In this document: positions 39,298 through 48,350 of the stretch, one piece after another | Numbering within the stretch: the stretch's first letter is position 1 | How the letters are laid out: every line of letters starts with the position of its first letter | Translations under genes and position numbers: made by a program | Notes under the pieces: model-generated | What the model saw: the letters and a program-made list of their open reading frames with translations, nothing else | Database searches by the model: none | What the model was told of the DNA's origin: nothing | IMG/VR virus record: IMGVR_UViG_3300044797_000098 | Span: 310,001 to 374,000 of that record | Direction: 5' to 3' (one strand) | DNA length: 64,000 bases

Positions 39298-39501
39298 GGG
39301 AATGACCACACTTTTGTGGTTTGGCATTTAACTTTGTCCAGTTTTCACTCTTATGAATAACGCTTTGCTATTCACCGCTTCGGGCACATTCAGCAGCGAG
39401 TGAAAGGGATTTAGTTTATTGCTTGCGGGCACGCCTCTGATGATTGGTTAGATTATCTTTCAACTTTGGACATTTACTTTAAATCTAAAAAATCCATTCC
39501 C
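39298..39501 (-). ncRNA. Candidate ~204-nt structured ncRNA (tmRNA-like topology, non-canonical)
   Basis: No ORF; predicted start site coincides with 5' GGGAATG, which pairs with 3' CATTCCC; several internal stems. Confidence 0.55.
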
Positions 39502-39508
39502 TGTTAAT

Positions 39509-39537
39509 ATTGTAAGCACTAACCCGACACCCGTCAA
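39509..39537 (-). promoter_or_regulatory. Sigma70-type promoter for the candidate ncRNA
   Basis: TTGACG-17 bp-TACAAT. Confidence 0.8.
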
Positions 39538-40037
39538 GGGGCTTTTGACTTTTTGTCCTTATTAGAAACAACTCTTGGCATTTCAACACCGAAGATAGTT
39601 CGATATATATTTGCCAAGCAAGTTTCCGAGCATGCAACTCTATTCGGTAAGTCCTGCGTTTCATATGCCTTGTTCATATTGCCAATGGGTTTTTGGCAAC
39701 TACAACATTTGGCCATACTTTTGAATGTTGATTGTGCCCATCGTTCAAGTTTTTCGAGGTCTTTTTTATTATGTGGACCGAAGTATGTTTTCGTTCCTTT
39801 ACCGTCGTGATTGACAAGTGATATGAGTTTTCGTTCATCCCAATATGAATTATTCCACTCATCTAAAATACGAATAGCAACATTTACTGCATCGATAGGA
39901 CTTAATAGATTTTTTTGTTCCCCCAAAAACTTTGCAGGAAGTATGTCTTTACCAGCATATTTTTTACCACCACAAGATATTTCAACAACTAATTGATTAT
40001 CTTCGTAATATCGTTGGCGACTCGTAAAAAAAGACAA
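39534..40037 (-). CDS. Hypothetical protein with C-terminal Zn finger
   Basis: GGAGGT RBS before TTG at 40037; CCSC...CSETC. Confidence 0.6.
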   Translation of the reverse strand: MSFFTSRQRYYEDNQLVVEISCGGKKYAGKDILPAKFLGEQKNLLSPIDAVNVAIRILDEWNNSYWDERKLISLVNHDGKGTKTYFGPHNKKDLEKLERWAQSTFKSMAKCCSCQKPIGNMNKAYETQDLPNRVACSETCLANIYRTIFGVEMPRVVSNKDKKSKAP

Positions 40038-40106
40038 AATACACCTCCAAAAAATTATCTTTGTCGATATATACATATAACCACATATGAATATATGGAG
40101 ACAAAA

Positions 40107-40949
40107 ATGACAAGAAAACAAAGATCGGATACGATTATTTTAGACAAAAACCAATTACAAAATGACTATAATGAATTAAAAAGTGTAAGGAAGGTTGGTA
40201 AAAAATACGGTATTTCTCGTGAAACGGTAAGAAAATATATACATTTATATAATCTTAATTATATTAAACCAATTAAATATAATTGTAATGAAAATTTTTT
40301 CAATGAAGAAACTGAATCTGCATATTATTTTGCTGGATTTTTAGCAGCCGATGGCTGCCTATTTAAGAAAAAAGGAGAAAGTTATGAAGTCAAACTCACA
40401 CTGAAAGACACCGACAAAGATATTTTATTTAAATTTAAACAATCAATTAATTCTGATGCACCAGTAATTGAGACGAAAAGATTGTGTAGAGTTTTTACTA
40501 GATATTTCAATATAACAACAGCGCAATTTAGAATTGCATCTAAAATTGTGTTCAATAATCTAAAACAAAAGTTTCAATTAACTCCTCGTAAATCATTAAC
40601 TCTTAAATTTCCGATAAAACTAAAAAACAACGAGTTAATTAGACATTTCATTCGTGGTTATTTCGATGGTGATGGGTCGATTTATATCAATCATACAGAT
40701 AAAAAAAGTGGTATAAAACATATGCGAATTAGTATTGTAGGAACAAAACATATGTTGGAAAACATTAGATATGTATTAATGCGTGAATGCATAATAAAAA
40801 AGGGAACAATTATAAAAATTAATAATATTTATGAACTTCGATATGGCGGTAATAATATTGTGTATGCTATATATAAATATTTATATAAAGATGCTACATT
40901 ATTTCTTGAACGAAAAAAACTTAAATTTGAATATATCTCACCAAGATAG
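40107..40949 (+). CDS. LAGLIDADG homing endonuclease with N-terminal HTH
   Basis: AYYFAGFLAADGC and HFIRGYFDGDGSI; GGAG RBS before ATG 40107. Confidence 0.9.
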   Translation: MTRKQRSDTIILDKNQLQNDYNELKSVRKVGKKYGISRETVRKYIHLYNLNYIKPIKYNCNENFFNEETESAYYFAGFLAADGCLFKKKGESYEVKLTLKDTDKDILFKFKQSINSDAPVIETKRLCRVFTRYFNITTAQFRIASKIVFNNLKQKFQLTPRKSLTLKFPIKLKNNELIRHFIRGYFDGDGSIYINHTDKKSGIKHMRISIVGTKHMLENIRYVLMRECIIKKGTIIKINNIYELRYGGNNIVYAIYKYLYKDATLFLERKKLKFEYISPR

Positions 40950-40951
40950 TT

Positions 40952-41791
40952 TTACCTCAATCTTTCGAATGTTTCAACGAACCTGTTCCAATACTTCTTT
41001 TCAAGAATGGTTTCGAACTCCATCCACTCGAACTCTTCCTTCAATGCATCAAAATCAATTTCATATTCCGAAAACTCTAATTCTTCATCTTCAATGATTT
41101 TAAACTCGACTAATTGCTTATTCAGGGAATAGTTCGCCCTGTTCTCTTCTTTGGAAAGAAACTCTGCTAACTTTTCTGGATCACTTGCAATTGCAATAGC
41201 CTTCTTCTTGCTAATCAGCGAGGGAATGTTGTCGCTCGTATCACCATTCAATGTTAGGAATGTTAGGAAGTGATAGTCTGGCGGGACAACATATGCTTTG
41301 AGTGCGTGGCTATATACTTTTAGATTATCATAACCTTTTTGCAATAACTGAATATAATCTTTATCCGACGATATGACAATTAGTTCTTCGTCTCGTAATG
41401 TAGAAACTAATGTTGCAATAACATCGTCTGCTTCGTATCTATTTGATTTTACTTGTGTAATTGGAAGATATTTTAGTAATTTTAGAATGATATTATATTG
41501 GCGAAGGAAGTCATCTCGTTTCTTTTGCTTATCATCCGATCCTACTTTGATGATACGGTTTGCTTTATATTCGGAAAATAATTCATATCGGAAGCACGAA
41601 TTGCCCTCGGTCGCAAAAAACACTTTATCGGGATCGAACTGCTCAATCAATGCACGGGTGTTGCGGAAAAAATTATATACTGCCGTGAAACTTTCTTTGT
41701 CTTCATCTTCTGGTTTTGGTTTTCCGAATGTTATATTACTGCGATATCCGAAGTTAAGTCCATCGATCAGTAATATCTTGTCTTTGCTCAT
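40952..41791 (-). CDS. 5'-3' exonuclease / T4 RNase H-like (FEN family)
   Basis: LLIDG.N, YKANR, YEADDVIA, SSDKDYIQL, GDTSDNIP. Confidence 0.92.
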   Translation of the reverse strand: MSKDKILLIDGLNFGYRSNITFGKPKPEDEDKESFTAVYNFFRNTRALIEQFDPDKVFFATEGNSCFRYELFSEYKANRIIKVGSDDKQKKRDDFLRQYNIILKLLKYLPITQVKSNRYEADDVIATLVSTLRDEELIVISSDKDYIQLLQKGYDNLKVYSHALKAYVVPPDYHFLTFLTLNGDTSDNIPSLISKKKAIAIASDPEKLAEFLSKEENRANYSLNKQLVEFKIIEDEELEFSEYEIDFDALKEEFEWMEFETILEKKYWNRFVETFERLR

Positions 41792-41908
41792 TATGATGAT
41801 GTCTCTTTACTTTCCTAACATACCCTTCAACCGACAATATAATAATAACTAACAATCCAGCGAATGCAAGTGGATGCCGTCGAATAAAATTAACCATCTA
41901 TTAGAATG

Positions 41909-42130
41909 CTACATTAGCAATAGATATTTTTCTATGCCTTCTCTGTATTTGGAATACCAATCACATTGCCTTATATAATCTAATGGCTCGTGCCCATATT
42001 CTTTCCTAATGAAAACTATCAGTCTAACAACTTCGCGTGAAACATCTAATCTCTGTTCCTCACATAATTTAATTATTTCAGACCAAGTGTTGGTTTTACA
42101 TAACTGTTTGTAATCAAGCACAATATACAA
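41909..42130 (-). CDS. Small family B-like protein, tag EKYLLLM
   Basis: W....EEQRLDV; KYREGIEKY. Confidence 0.65.
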   Translation of the reverse strand: MYIVLDYKQLCKTNTWSEIIKLCEEQRLDVSREVVRLIVFIRKEYGHEPLDYIRQCDWYSKYREGIEKYLLLM

Positions 42131-42896
42131 TCTTTCTCAACCCAAGCAATAACTCATTCTTTTTCTCATCGTCAAGTTTTTCCAATACAACATTTACCGC
42201 AATTCCAGCCCAACCAGTATTTTCATTCAAGCCTTTTGCAATAGCATTTTCGAATGCAATTTTAGACCGCTCGTCATTCCACATTGACGCCATCAGATAT
42301 GCGCCCTTGTCATAATTTCTTTCAATCAATTTAGGCAATTCTTTTGCTGCCAATTCAGGATTAGAAACACGCATACCCAAGAATGCAGGGCTCCACCAAA
42401 ATACTGAACTATTCGACCATACATTGAACCACCATTGTTCAATGGCTTCTTGTCGAGTTTGGATATATGCGAATGCAATCATACCGTCTCGATATGTTGT
42501 TTTCCATTTAAGATCTTCGCAAAACATAGCGTCTTTTTTTGCCAATAACCATTTATACAATAATGTTTCGCAACGCTTTATTCGCGAATTGGCAATTATA
42601 GAAAACACTCCCCGCAATAATTCGTGGCTTTCTTTTTCTTTGTCGTGCAAAAGATTGTGCAATAACAAGCCAACCGCAGGAACAATGACATCATTTACAC
42701 CTTTATCAATGAATGTATTGATGATATCTGTTGGTTCCTCACCATTATGATGTCTAACATATGGCCCATTTACACCCGGACTAACTATTCTTTTTTTAAG
42801 CAGTTCAACAATTTCTTCTGGTGAATTGGTTTTTTTCATACCTTTCACCCAAGGATCTCGTTTTACATAACTGTCTGTTAAATCTTGCTGATACAT
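42114..42896 (-). CDS. Hypothetical helical protein
   Basis: 260-aa tiling ORF. Confidence 0.7.
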   Translation of the reverse strand: MYQQDLTDSYVKRDPWVKGMKKTNSPEEIVELLKKRIVSPGVNGPYVRHHNGEEPTDIINTFIDKGVNDVIVPAVGLLLHNLLHDKEKESHELLRGVFSIIANSRIKRCETLLYKWLLAKKDAMFCEDLKWKTTYRDGMIAFAYIQTRQEAIEQWWFNVWSNSSVFWWSPAFLGMRVSNPELAAKELPKLIERNYDKGAYLMASMWNDERSKIAFENAIAKGLNENTGWAGIAVNVVLEKLDDEKKNELLLGLRKIVYCA

Positions 42897-42904
42897 ATCT
42901 TCCT

Positions 42905-43201
42905 CTAATAATTTTTAGTTTCTGCTTCTTTTTTAGCAAAATCAATTAAAACTTCGAGTTCTTGCGGAATTGAACTGTTCAATACACTAAAATCAATACA
43001 ACCGCCACAAGCACAACCGGCATTAAGTTTCCCATTCTTTATTAGAAAATCTTCTGCTAATTTATATGCTGGTTCTTCGGGTTTGATATAATTTTTAAGT
43101 TTTGCCGGATTTAAAATTAAATCCTTATACATAAGAATTAAAGCATCTCTTATAGCCTGAACCTTATCTGGTTCTGAAAGGTGTATATAGGCTGCCATCA
43201 A
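42905..43201 (-). CDS. Hypothetical protein, paralog of 43198-43494
   Basis: CACGGC..D...ELEVLID.AK..AE. Confidence 0.65.
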   Translation of the reverse strand: MMAAYIHLSEPDKVQAIRDALILMYKDLILNPAKLKNYIKPEEPAYKLAEDFLIKNGKLNAGCACGGCIDFSVLNSSIPQELEVLIDFAKKEAETKNY

Positions 43202-43494
43202 TAACTTTTCTTTTCTGCATTCGAACGAGCAACATCAAGCAATGGTTCAAGTTCTGGATCAATCGGAACCATTTTGATTTTTGTTGGATCGAACCGTCTG
43301 CAACATACGCAAGTTTTGGAATTGAACCTATTTACAAAATTGAGTATGGATTTTGATTGAGCGTTATCGATGAACTTTTGTGCTACATAAGTTTTTAATA
43401 CTTCTGGTGTATCAAAAATAGATTTGATCACTGCTGAAAACTCTTGTTTTAATACTGTAATTTTATCATTTGGTGAAAAATCTGAATAATGCAT
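43198..43494 (-). CDS. Hypothetical protein, paralog of 42905-43201
   Basis: CVCC...D...ELEPLLD.AR..AE. Confidence 0.65.
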   Translation of the reverse strand: MHYSDFSPNDKITVLKQEFSAVIKSIFDTPEVLKTYVAQKFIDNAQSKSILNFVNRFNSKTCVCCRRFDPTKIKMVPIDPELEPLLDVARSNAEKKSY

Positions 43495-43495
43495 T

Positions 43496-43789
43496 TTAGT
43501 TCATCTCTTTTTTGTTGTCGCTATATTCGGCGCGAACAATTAGGTTTTGACTGTCTTTTGCGGAAACGAATATGATTTTGTTTGGAAGATTAATGCGAAG
43601 TGATTTGATACGCTTATCGAGAATAAAATCGGAACATCGAATAAGGATTTTTGATCCGATATCCTCATCTGGTGCTGATACCTCGATTGAGTTATTCAAC
43701 ATAACTGCATCCTGACCAATTAATTTGAATGATACTGGTTCGTTCATCACATTATCCTCGAATACAATGTAAGGCTCGACAAGCCCCAA
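43496..43789 (-). CDS. Hypothetical protein
   Basis: Tiling ORF. Confidence 0.55.
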   Translation of the reverse strand: MGLVEPYIVFEDNVMNEPVSFKLIGQDAVMLNNSIEVSAPDEDIGSKILIRCSDFILDKRIKSLRINLPNKIIFVSAKDSQNLIVRAEYSDNKKEMN

Positions 43790-43820
43790 GTCAATGTGGA
43801 TACTTAGCTACTGATGTGTG

Positions 43821-44243
43821 CTACCGTCCTACAACCAGCGCGCCAGCAATAATCAATACCATCCCAATAACTTTCATCATCGTTATTTGCTCTCTGAAAA
43901 ATATCGAAGTCAAAATCAATGTTATTACGATTGGCATTGTTGTTGATATAGCATACAATGTAGCAACATTATTGCTATATTTTACGCCATATATGAATGC
44001 AAGTCCTGCCATCGTTGCTGATAGCGTTGCAAGCATTGCCCACATCACGCCAGTTATATTGAATGGTTGTGCTGAAACTTTCGTATTCAATATATGTAAA
44101 TATATTGGCAACAAGCATATTCCAACACAACAATTTACAATGTGGATTTGGAATGGATGTATGTGTTTTACTGCAAGTTTTAAAAAGAAACTCCAACATC
44201 CATATCCTATAATAGATAGGATTATTAGATATTTGCTATTCAT
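43821..44243 (-). CDS. EamA/DMT-family small membrane transporter
   Basis: Five TM segments; ends E.IT..K.IG.VLIIAG. Confidence 0.8.
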   Translation of the reverse strand: MNSKYLIILSIIGYGCWSFFLKLAVKHIHPFQIHIVNCCVGICLLPIYLHILNTKVSAQPFNITGVMWAMLATLSATMAGLAFIYGVKYSNNVATLYAISTTMPIVITLILTSIFFREQITMMKVIGMVLIIAGALVVGR

Positions 44244-44244
44244 A

Positions 44245-44958
44245 TCACGACCACAAGTATTTTCTAATTTTCAGCAATCGAATAAGCATCTCTTCCAATT
44301 TATCTTCGTTTCTTTTATCGATGTTTTTTAATTCTTCCCATAGTATTTTTGTGTATGGGGATTTGGATTTTTTAGCATTGTGCCATTTTGTTAATGCTTC
44401 GTCGCCTTCTTTACATTCGAGTTTTCGACCCTTATTCCACCAATTATAGATCGCAATGATTTCATTATTCTGATCTAATTGATGTTGCAAGTGCGGTTCT
44501 TTTGCAATATCTTCTTGCGTCGGAAAATACATATGCACAAGTTGTTCTTCTACGAAGTTAGTCAATAGATTGAACATCGCATATATCATTTTGGTATCCG
44601 TATCAATATATCCAGATCGATAGCAATCAACATCGAATTGCTTATTGCGTTTTGGCTGGCGAAGATCGAGCATATGATCTCGACGAATAATGAAAGATAG
44701 GAACCAGTATTTGAACTCTCGAAGTTTCCATCCAATTAATTTTAGCCAAGTATGATAAATGAACTCGGGAAGCGTTGAGGCGAAGAAAAACTTTACGGGG
44801 TAAGTCTTTTTGAGATAGTTATAGTAATAAGCCCAAGTTTTTTCACCATGATCGTCTTCTTCCTCGTCATCCCAATCCATTGCCATAGCATTGCAGTGCT
44901 TCGACATTCCTAATTGTTTAGGATTGGGGAACTTGAAAATCTTTTGGAAGTATAGCAT
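44245..44958 (-). CDS. Hypothetical phage protein (ends L.RL..IR..LWS)
   Basis: Tiling ORF; start may be at MSKHC or later. Confidence 0.7.
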   Translation of the reverse strand: MLYFQKIFKFPNPKQLGMSKHCNAMAMDWDDEEEDDHGEKTWAYYYNYLKKTYPVKFFFASTLPEFIYHTWLKLIGWKLREFKYWFLSFIIRRDHMLDLRQPKRNKQFDVDCYRSGYIDTDTKMIYAMFNLLTNFVEEQLVHMYFPTQEDIAKEPHLQHQLDQNNEIIAIYNWWNKGRKLECKEGDEALTKWHNAKKSKSPYTKILWEELKNIDKRNEDKLEEMLIRLLKIRKYLWS

Positions 44959-45228
44959 TTATGCTCTCTCACACAAAACATTTTCTTTGGCTAACCTTAT
45001 TAGACATTTTACTCCACGAACCTCATTTTCAATATATGCTTCACTTACTTTTACTTCCCACGGTGATCCCATATCACTAATAGTGTAGGAATGGTTCTTT
45101 ACAACAACTGTTTCTGTTGTTTCATCTCCATTAGCCCAACGAACTAATAATAGTTCGCCGTTTTTCAATGGTTTTTCATCCAATCGATCAATATAACACC
45201 AATTACTATAAATCTCTACCTTTTTCAT
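44959..45228 (-). CDS. Hypothetical protein
   Basis: Tiling ORF. Confidence 0.6.
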   Translation of the reverse strand: MKKVEIYSNWCYIDRLDEKPLKNGELLLVRWANGDETTETVVVKNHSYTISDMGSPWEVKVSEAYIENEVRGVKCLIRLAKENVLCERA

Positions 45229-45590
45229 TTGACCAATTCCTCTCTAATCATAACGCCCAATTCATAAGCAAAATCTTCCTGATCATATTCGGATTTTGGA
45301 TATCCGTCGAAACCTTTTTGGAATGAACGAACCCAATTTACATTTGTTTCCAAAATCTTTTCGATTGAATAACTTCTCCAATTGGTGAGGTGTGCTGGTA
45401 TAACATTTTGTTTTGCCAACATTACACACGCGAGCGCACAACAATTAGCATCCTTCTTTGGCACCCATTGTTCTTTGCCTTTGATTTTTTTGAGTTCGAT
45501 GCCCCAAGATTGAATGCCAAGTTTTACACCATTGGCCGTGATGGTTTTGATTGCATCACGAATAATCTGTTCTCGTTCTCCGTCATTCAT
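45225..45590 (-). CDS. Hypothetical protein
   Basis: Tiling ORF, ATGA coupling. Confidence 0.6.
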   Translation of the reverse strand: MNDGEREQIIRDAIKTITANGVKLGIQSWGIELKKIKGKEQWVPKKDANCCALACVMLAKQNVIPAHLTNWRSYSIEKILETNVNWVRSFQKGFDGYPKSEYDQEDFAYELGVMIREELVK

Positions 45591-45892
45591 AGTAATAGCA
45601 ACAATTTTTCTAATTGTTCCACTGTTTTAGCATCGAATAGTTTCGCCCCATACAATTCAGTTATACAGTGAATGTCGATTGCTAATCCGTTCTCCATTCT
45701 AACCCTGCTAACAATGGTTTTAAAACCTGTGTTTTCCAACTCCCATTCTATTCTATATGTCGCCCCAACTGTGCGGAATGCATACCCATTCCATTGACTA
45801 ATATCGCATTCGTGGCATTTAGAAAATGAACCACCAAAACCATTATCCCATATCAATGGCTGTTTGCAACATATACAATTTTTGTTTATCAT
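45587..45892 (-). CDS. Small Zn-ribbon protein, family C, tag EKLLLLL
   Basis: CICC...CHECDI...IEW...KLFD.KT.EQ. Confidence 0.78.
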   Translation of the reverse strand: MINKNCICCKQPLIWDNGFGGSFSKCHECDISQWNGYAFRTVGATYRIEWELENTGFKTIVSRVRMENGLAIDIHCITELYGAKLFDAKTVEQLEKLLLLL

Positions 45893-46152
45893 AGTAAAAT
45901 CAATAGTTTCTCAATTTGTTCCACTGTTCTAACATCGAATAATTTATACCCAACAAAAGACTTAATCGCTTTTGGTGAGCCACTGTGTCTTGAAAAAATA
46001 AATGTATGATTGTTTGACCACTCAATATCATATGAATATATTTGTCTGATCGAAAAAAGAGTGTAATGATAAATATCACATTGATTACAATACCTTACCA
46101 AGGCGAATGGATCCAGCGGTATATTACAAGCGATACAATTCATACGCCTCAT
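45889..46152 (-). CDS. Small Zn-ribbon protein, family C, tag EKLLILL
   Basis: CIAC...CNQCDI...IEW...KLFD. Confidence 0.78.
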   Translation of the reverse strand: MRRMNCIACNIPLDPFALVRYCNQCDIYHYTLFSIRQIYSYDIEWSNNHTFIFSRHSGSPKAIKSFVGYKLFDVRTVEQIEKLLILL

Positions 46153-46460
46153 ATCAAAATCAACAATTTTTCTAATTGTTCTTTCGTCTTTATATCGAAC
46201 AATTTCCAGCCATCGATTACTTTGATTTCATCTGGATACCATTGTTTTATGGATTCGAACCACTTATCCTTGAGTATGGCAGTTATTGGATCTGCACTAT
46301 ATTCATCCCTATTCCATTGGATCACATAATTCTCTATGTATCTTCCGCAATCATTACCATCATAATTCATATCACCAAAATATATTATATCACATTCATC
46401 ACATTTGTTTGTGGTTTGTGTTGCGTTTCGTGTTGGTTTCTTGCAAGATATACATCTCAT
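46149..46460 (-). CDS. Small Zn-ribbon protein, family C, tag EKLLILI
   Basis: CISC...CDECDI...IQW...KLFD. Confidence 0.78.
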   Translation of the reverse strand: MRCISCKKPTRNATQTTNKCDECDIIYFGDMNYDGNDCGRYIENYVIQWNRDEYSADPITAILKDKWFESIKQWYPDEIKVIDGWKLFDIKTKEQLEKLLILI

Positions 46461-47146
46461 ATTAATATAAACAATCTTTCAATCTCTTCTGGCGTTTTAG
46501 TCTTTGCCAATTTCAATATCATATCAATATGATTTATTGTTTTTACCCAAAACAATTTTAGACCATCGAATGATATAATCTCATCCCATATCTCTCTTGT
46601 GCTTTCCGGACTATCATTAATATCTTCCTGAATAACTGTTCGTATAGGTTCTCCATCGTGCCATAGCCAAGTTATTTGTAGATATTCTACTGATCGTTCT
46701 GCTTGCCCACCACCTTTTAGATAGGCAATATCGCAACTATAACACCAAGTATAACGATATTTTTCATTGAACTCAATTTTATTTCCACAACATATGCAAT
46801 CAAAACTCGTCATCGTCATCATCAATCCCACCACCAGTATTATCTTCCTTTGTTCATCTGTTAGTGATTGAAGGAGCCCCGGAGCATTTGCTATTTTCTC
46901 TACCATATCGTCATAATGCTTTTTGAACTCTGGATTTTTCATTTGTTCATCGAACCATTTAGCGAAGCCGGTTTCGTCTTCTTTATCTTCTTCCACTTCT
47001 TCGAGCAGTTCTCGCTGTTCATTCTTTTGACCACCGCGAGGTGCGTTCTTTGATTTCATTGGTGCCATTCCTGCCACACGCGAGCGCGCTGACATAACAT
47101 TGGAATTGCGAGGAACGGATTTGGTTTTCTTTTTATTTTTTGACAT
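46457..47146 (-). CDS. Composite protein: basic/acidic N-terminus fused to a family C Zn-ribbon, tag ERLFILI
   Basis: Family C module starts at MTSFDCICC. Confidence 0.65.
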   Translation of the reverse strand: MSKNKKKTKSVPRNSNVMSARSRVAGMAPMKSKNAPRGGQKNEQRELLEEVEEDKEDETGFAKWFDEQMKNPEFKKHYDDMVEKIANAPGLLQSLTDEQRKIILVVGLMMTMTSFDCICCGNKIEFNEKYRYTWCYSCDIAYLKGGGQAERSVEYLQITWLWHDGEPIRTVIQEDINDSPESTREIWDEIISFDGLKLFWVKTINHIDMILKLAKTKTPEEIERLFILI

Positions 47147-47151
47147 AATTT

Positions 47152-47547
47152 TTATATTGTTTGATTGATGCTATCCATGTCTTCAATTTTTTTATTAAGA
47201 CCGAAGTCTTTTAGGAACATTTCCACTGCATCACGGTCGTTAGAAAACACCGCATAATCATGTTCTCCAACATCCGAGTATTCGTCCGTATTAATGAGAC
47301 ATACTTCTTTACCGTTTTTTGTAGCATAATCTCCGAATAGTCTATTCCTCTTGCCTTCATGACGCATAGGTTTTTCGGCATACGCAAATGCAGCGTCGGC
47401 ATACGCAAATGCAGCGATAGTCCATCCATTACCGAGATCGCAATCTCTACCGATGTTATCAGCGTCCTCATATAGATCGATCATAGGACGAAACTTTCCA
47501 AGCATTGCTACATTTTTTACGATGTCTGAATATGTATGTCTGCTCAT
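47152..47547 (-). CDS. Hypothetical protein with an in-frame 21-bp duplication
   Basis: AGGAG RBS; AAFAYAD-AAFAYAE. Confidence 0.7.
   Translation of the reverse strand: MSRHTYSDIVKNVAMLGKFRPMIDLYEDADNIGRDCDLGNGWTIAAFAYADAAFAYAEKPMRHEGKRNRLFGDYATKNGKEVCLINTDEYSDVGEHDYAVFSNDRDAVEMFLKDFGLNKKIEDMDSINQTI
47375..47416. repeat. 21-bp perfect tandem duplication
   Basis: TCGGCATACGCAAATGCAGCG x2. Confidence 0.9.
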
Positions 47548-47613
47548 TTTTTTGCTCCTATGTAGGGAAAACTGCGAGAAACGGCTACCGCTTTGGCGCC
47601 GTTTCCTGCTCTA

Positions 47614-47642
47614 ACAATAGCCATCGATCACCGCTTCGTCAA
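47614..47642 (-). promoter_or_regulatory. Sigma70-type promoter
   Basis: TTGACG-17 bp-TATTGT. Confidence 0.7.
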
Positions 47643-47812
47643 GCCCATATTAACTTAATCTTTTATATCATAACATATGGATATTATTGCATAATAGTAT
47701 GCAAAAATATAATTATAAAATTTAATATATTATCCAAACAATAAATTATCTTTGCAACGAAAACTCGAAAAATCTCAAAAAATACTTTATTTTAGAAAAA
47801 ATATGAAAACAC

Positions 47813-47844
47813 GGGGCAACGTGTTGCTTTAACACGCGTGCCCC
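47813..47844 (-). terminator. Probable intrinsic terminator
   Basis: GGGGCA/TGCCCC plus CGTGTT/AACACG stem followed by a T-rich tract on the minus strand. Confidence 0.6.
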
Positions 47845-48155
47845 ATTTCTATATCAATAGACTATTGACTTATTATTCATGAAAACTTTTCATCTTTAAT
47901 ACTATTAGATATATCGCCTGTTTTTTGACAAAATCCCTTCCATGGATCATTTGGCTTTACTCGGATGGTTAATCCGTCTGGCGAGGTTGCATCTCTGCGA
48001 GCAGAATACCATTCTGCGTTTTTCGTGTTTTGAATGCCGTCGCATTATTTTGTTGTCGAGTCAATGCCCTTTGAGTTTATGCTCTTGGGTTCATTGCCAG
48101 CCCACAATCGGAGATACATTACATATCAAGCGATTGCGCCCGACATCTGGGTAAG

Positions 48156-48350
48156 TCAATAATCATTTCCTCTTTCAAGAGATTTTACTCTATCCCGTAA
48201 GCAATCTAACTCATTACACAAAAACCTTACACAATCTTTTATGTTTTCGTGGTCAATTTCTTTGTATCTTGGATATCCGTGAAAATCATTGTCTGGATTT
48301 TCTATCACCTGACTACACACGCTACATATTATTCCGGGCTTCGGTTTCAT
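48156..48350 (-). CDS. Small Cys-containing hypothetical protein
   Basis: CSVC...H..C; tiling. Confidence 0.6.
   Translation of the reverse strand: MKPKPGIICSVCSQVIENPDNDFHGYPRYKEIDHENIKDCVRFLCNELDCLRDRVKSLERGNDY

Noticed and set aside
39298-39501. Calling the RNA a canonical tmRNA (ssrA)
   Set aside because: It lacks G3-U70, the TTCGA loop, CCA and a stop after LAA. It is reported only as tmRNA-like.
47880-48150. Possible decayed zinc-finger endonuclease gene (fragments RKTQ and FCSQRC in different frames)
   Set aside because: Similarity is too short and fragmented to support by eye.
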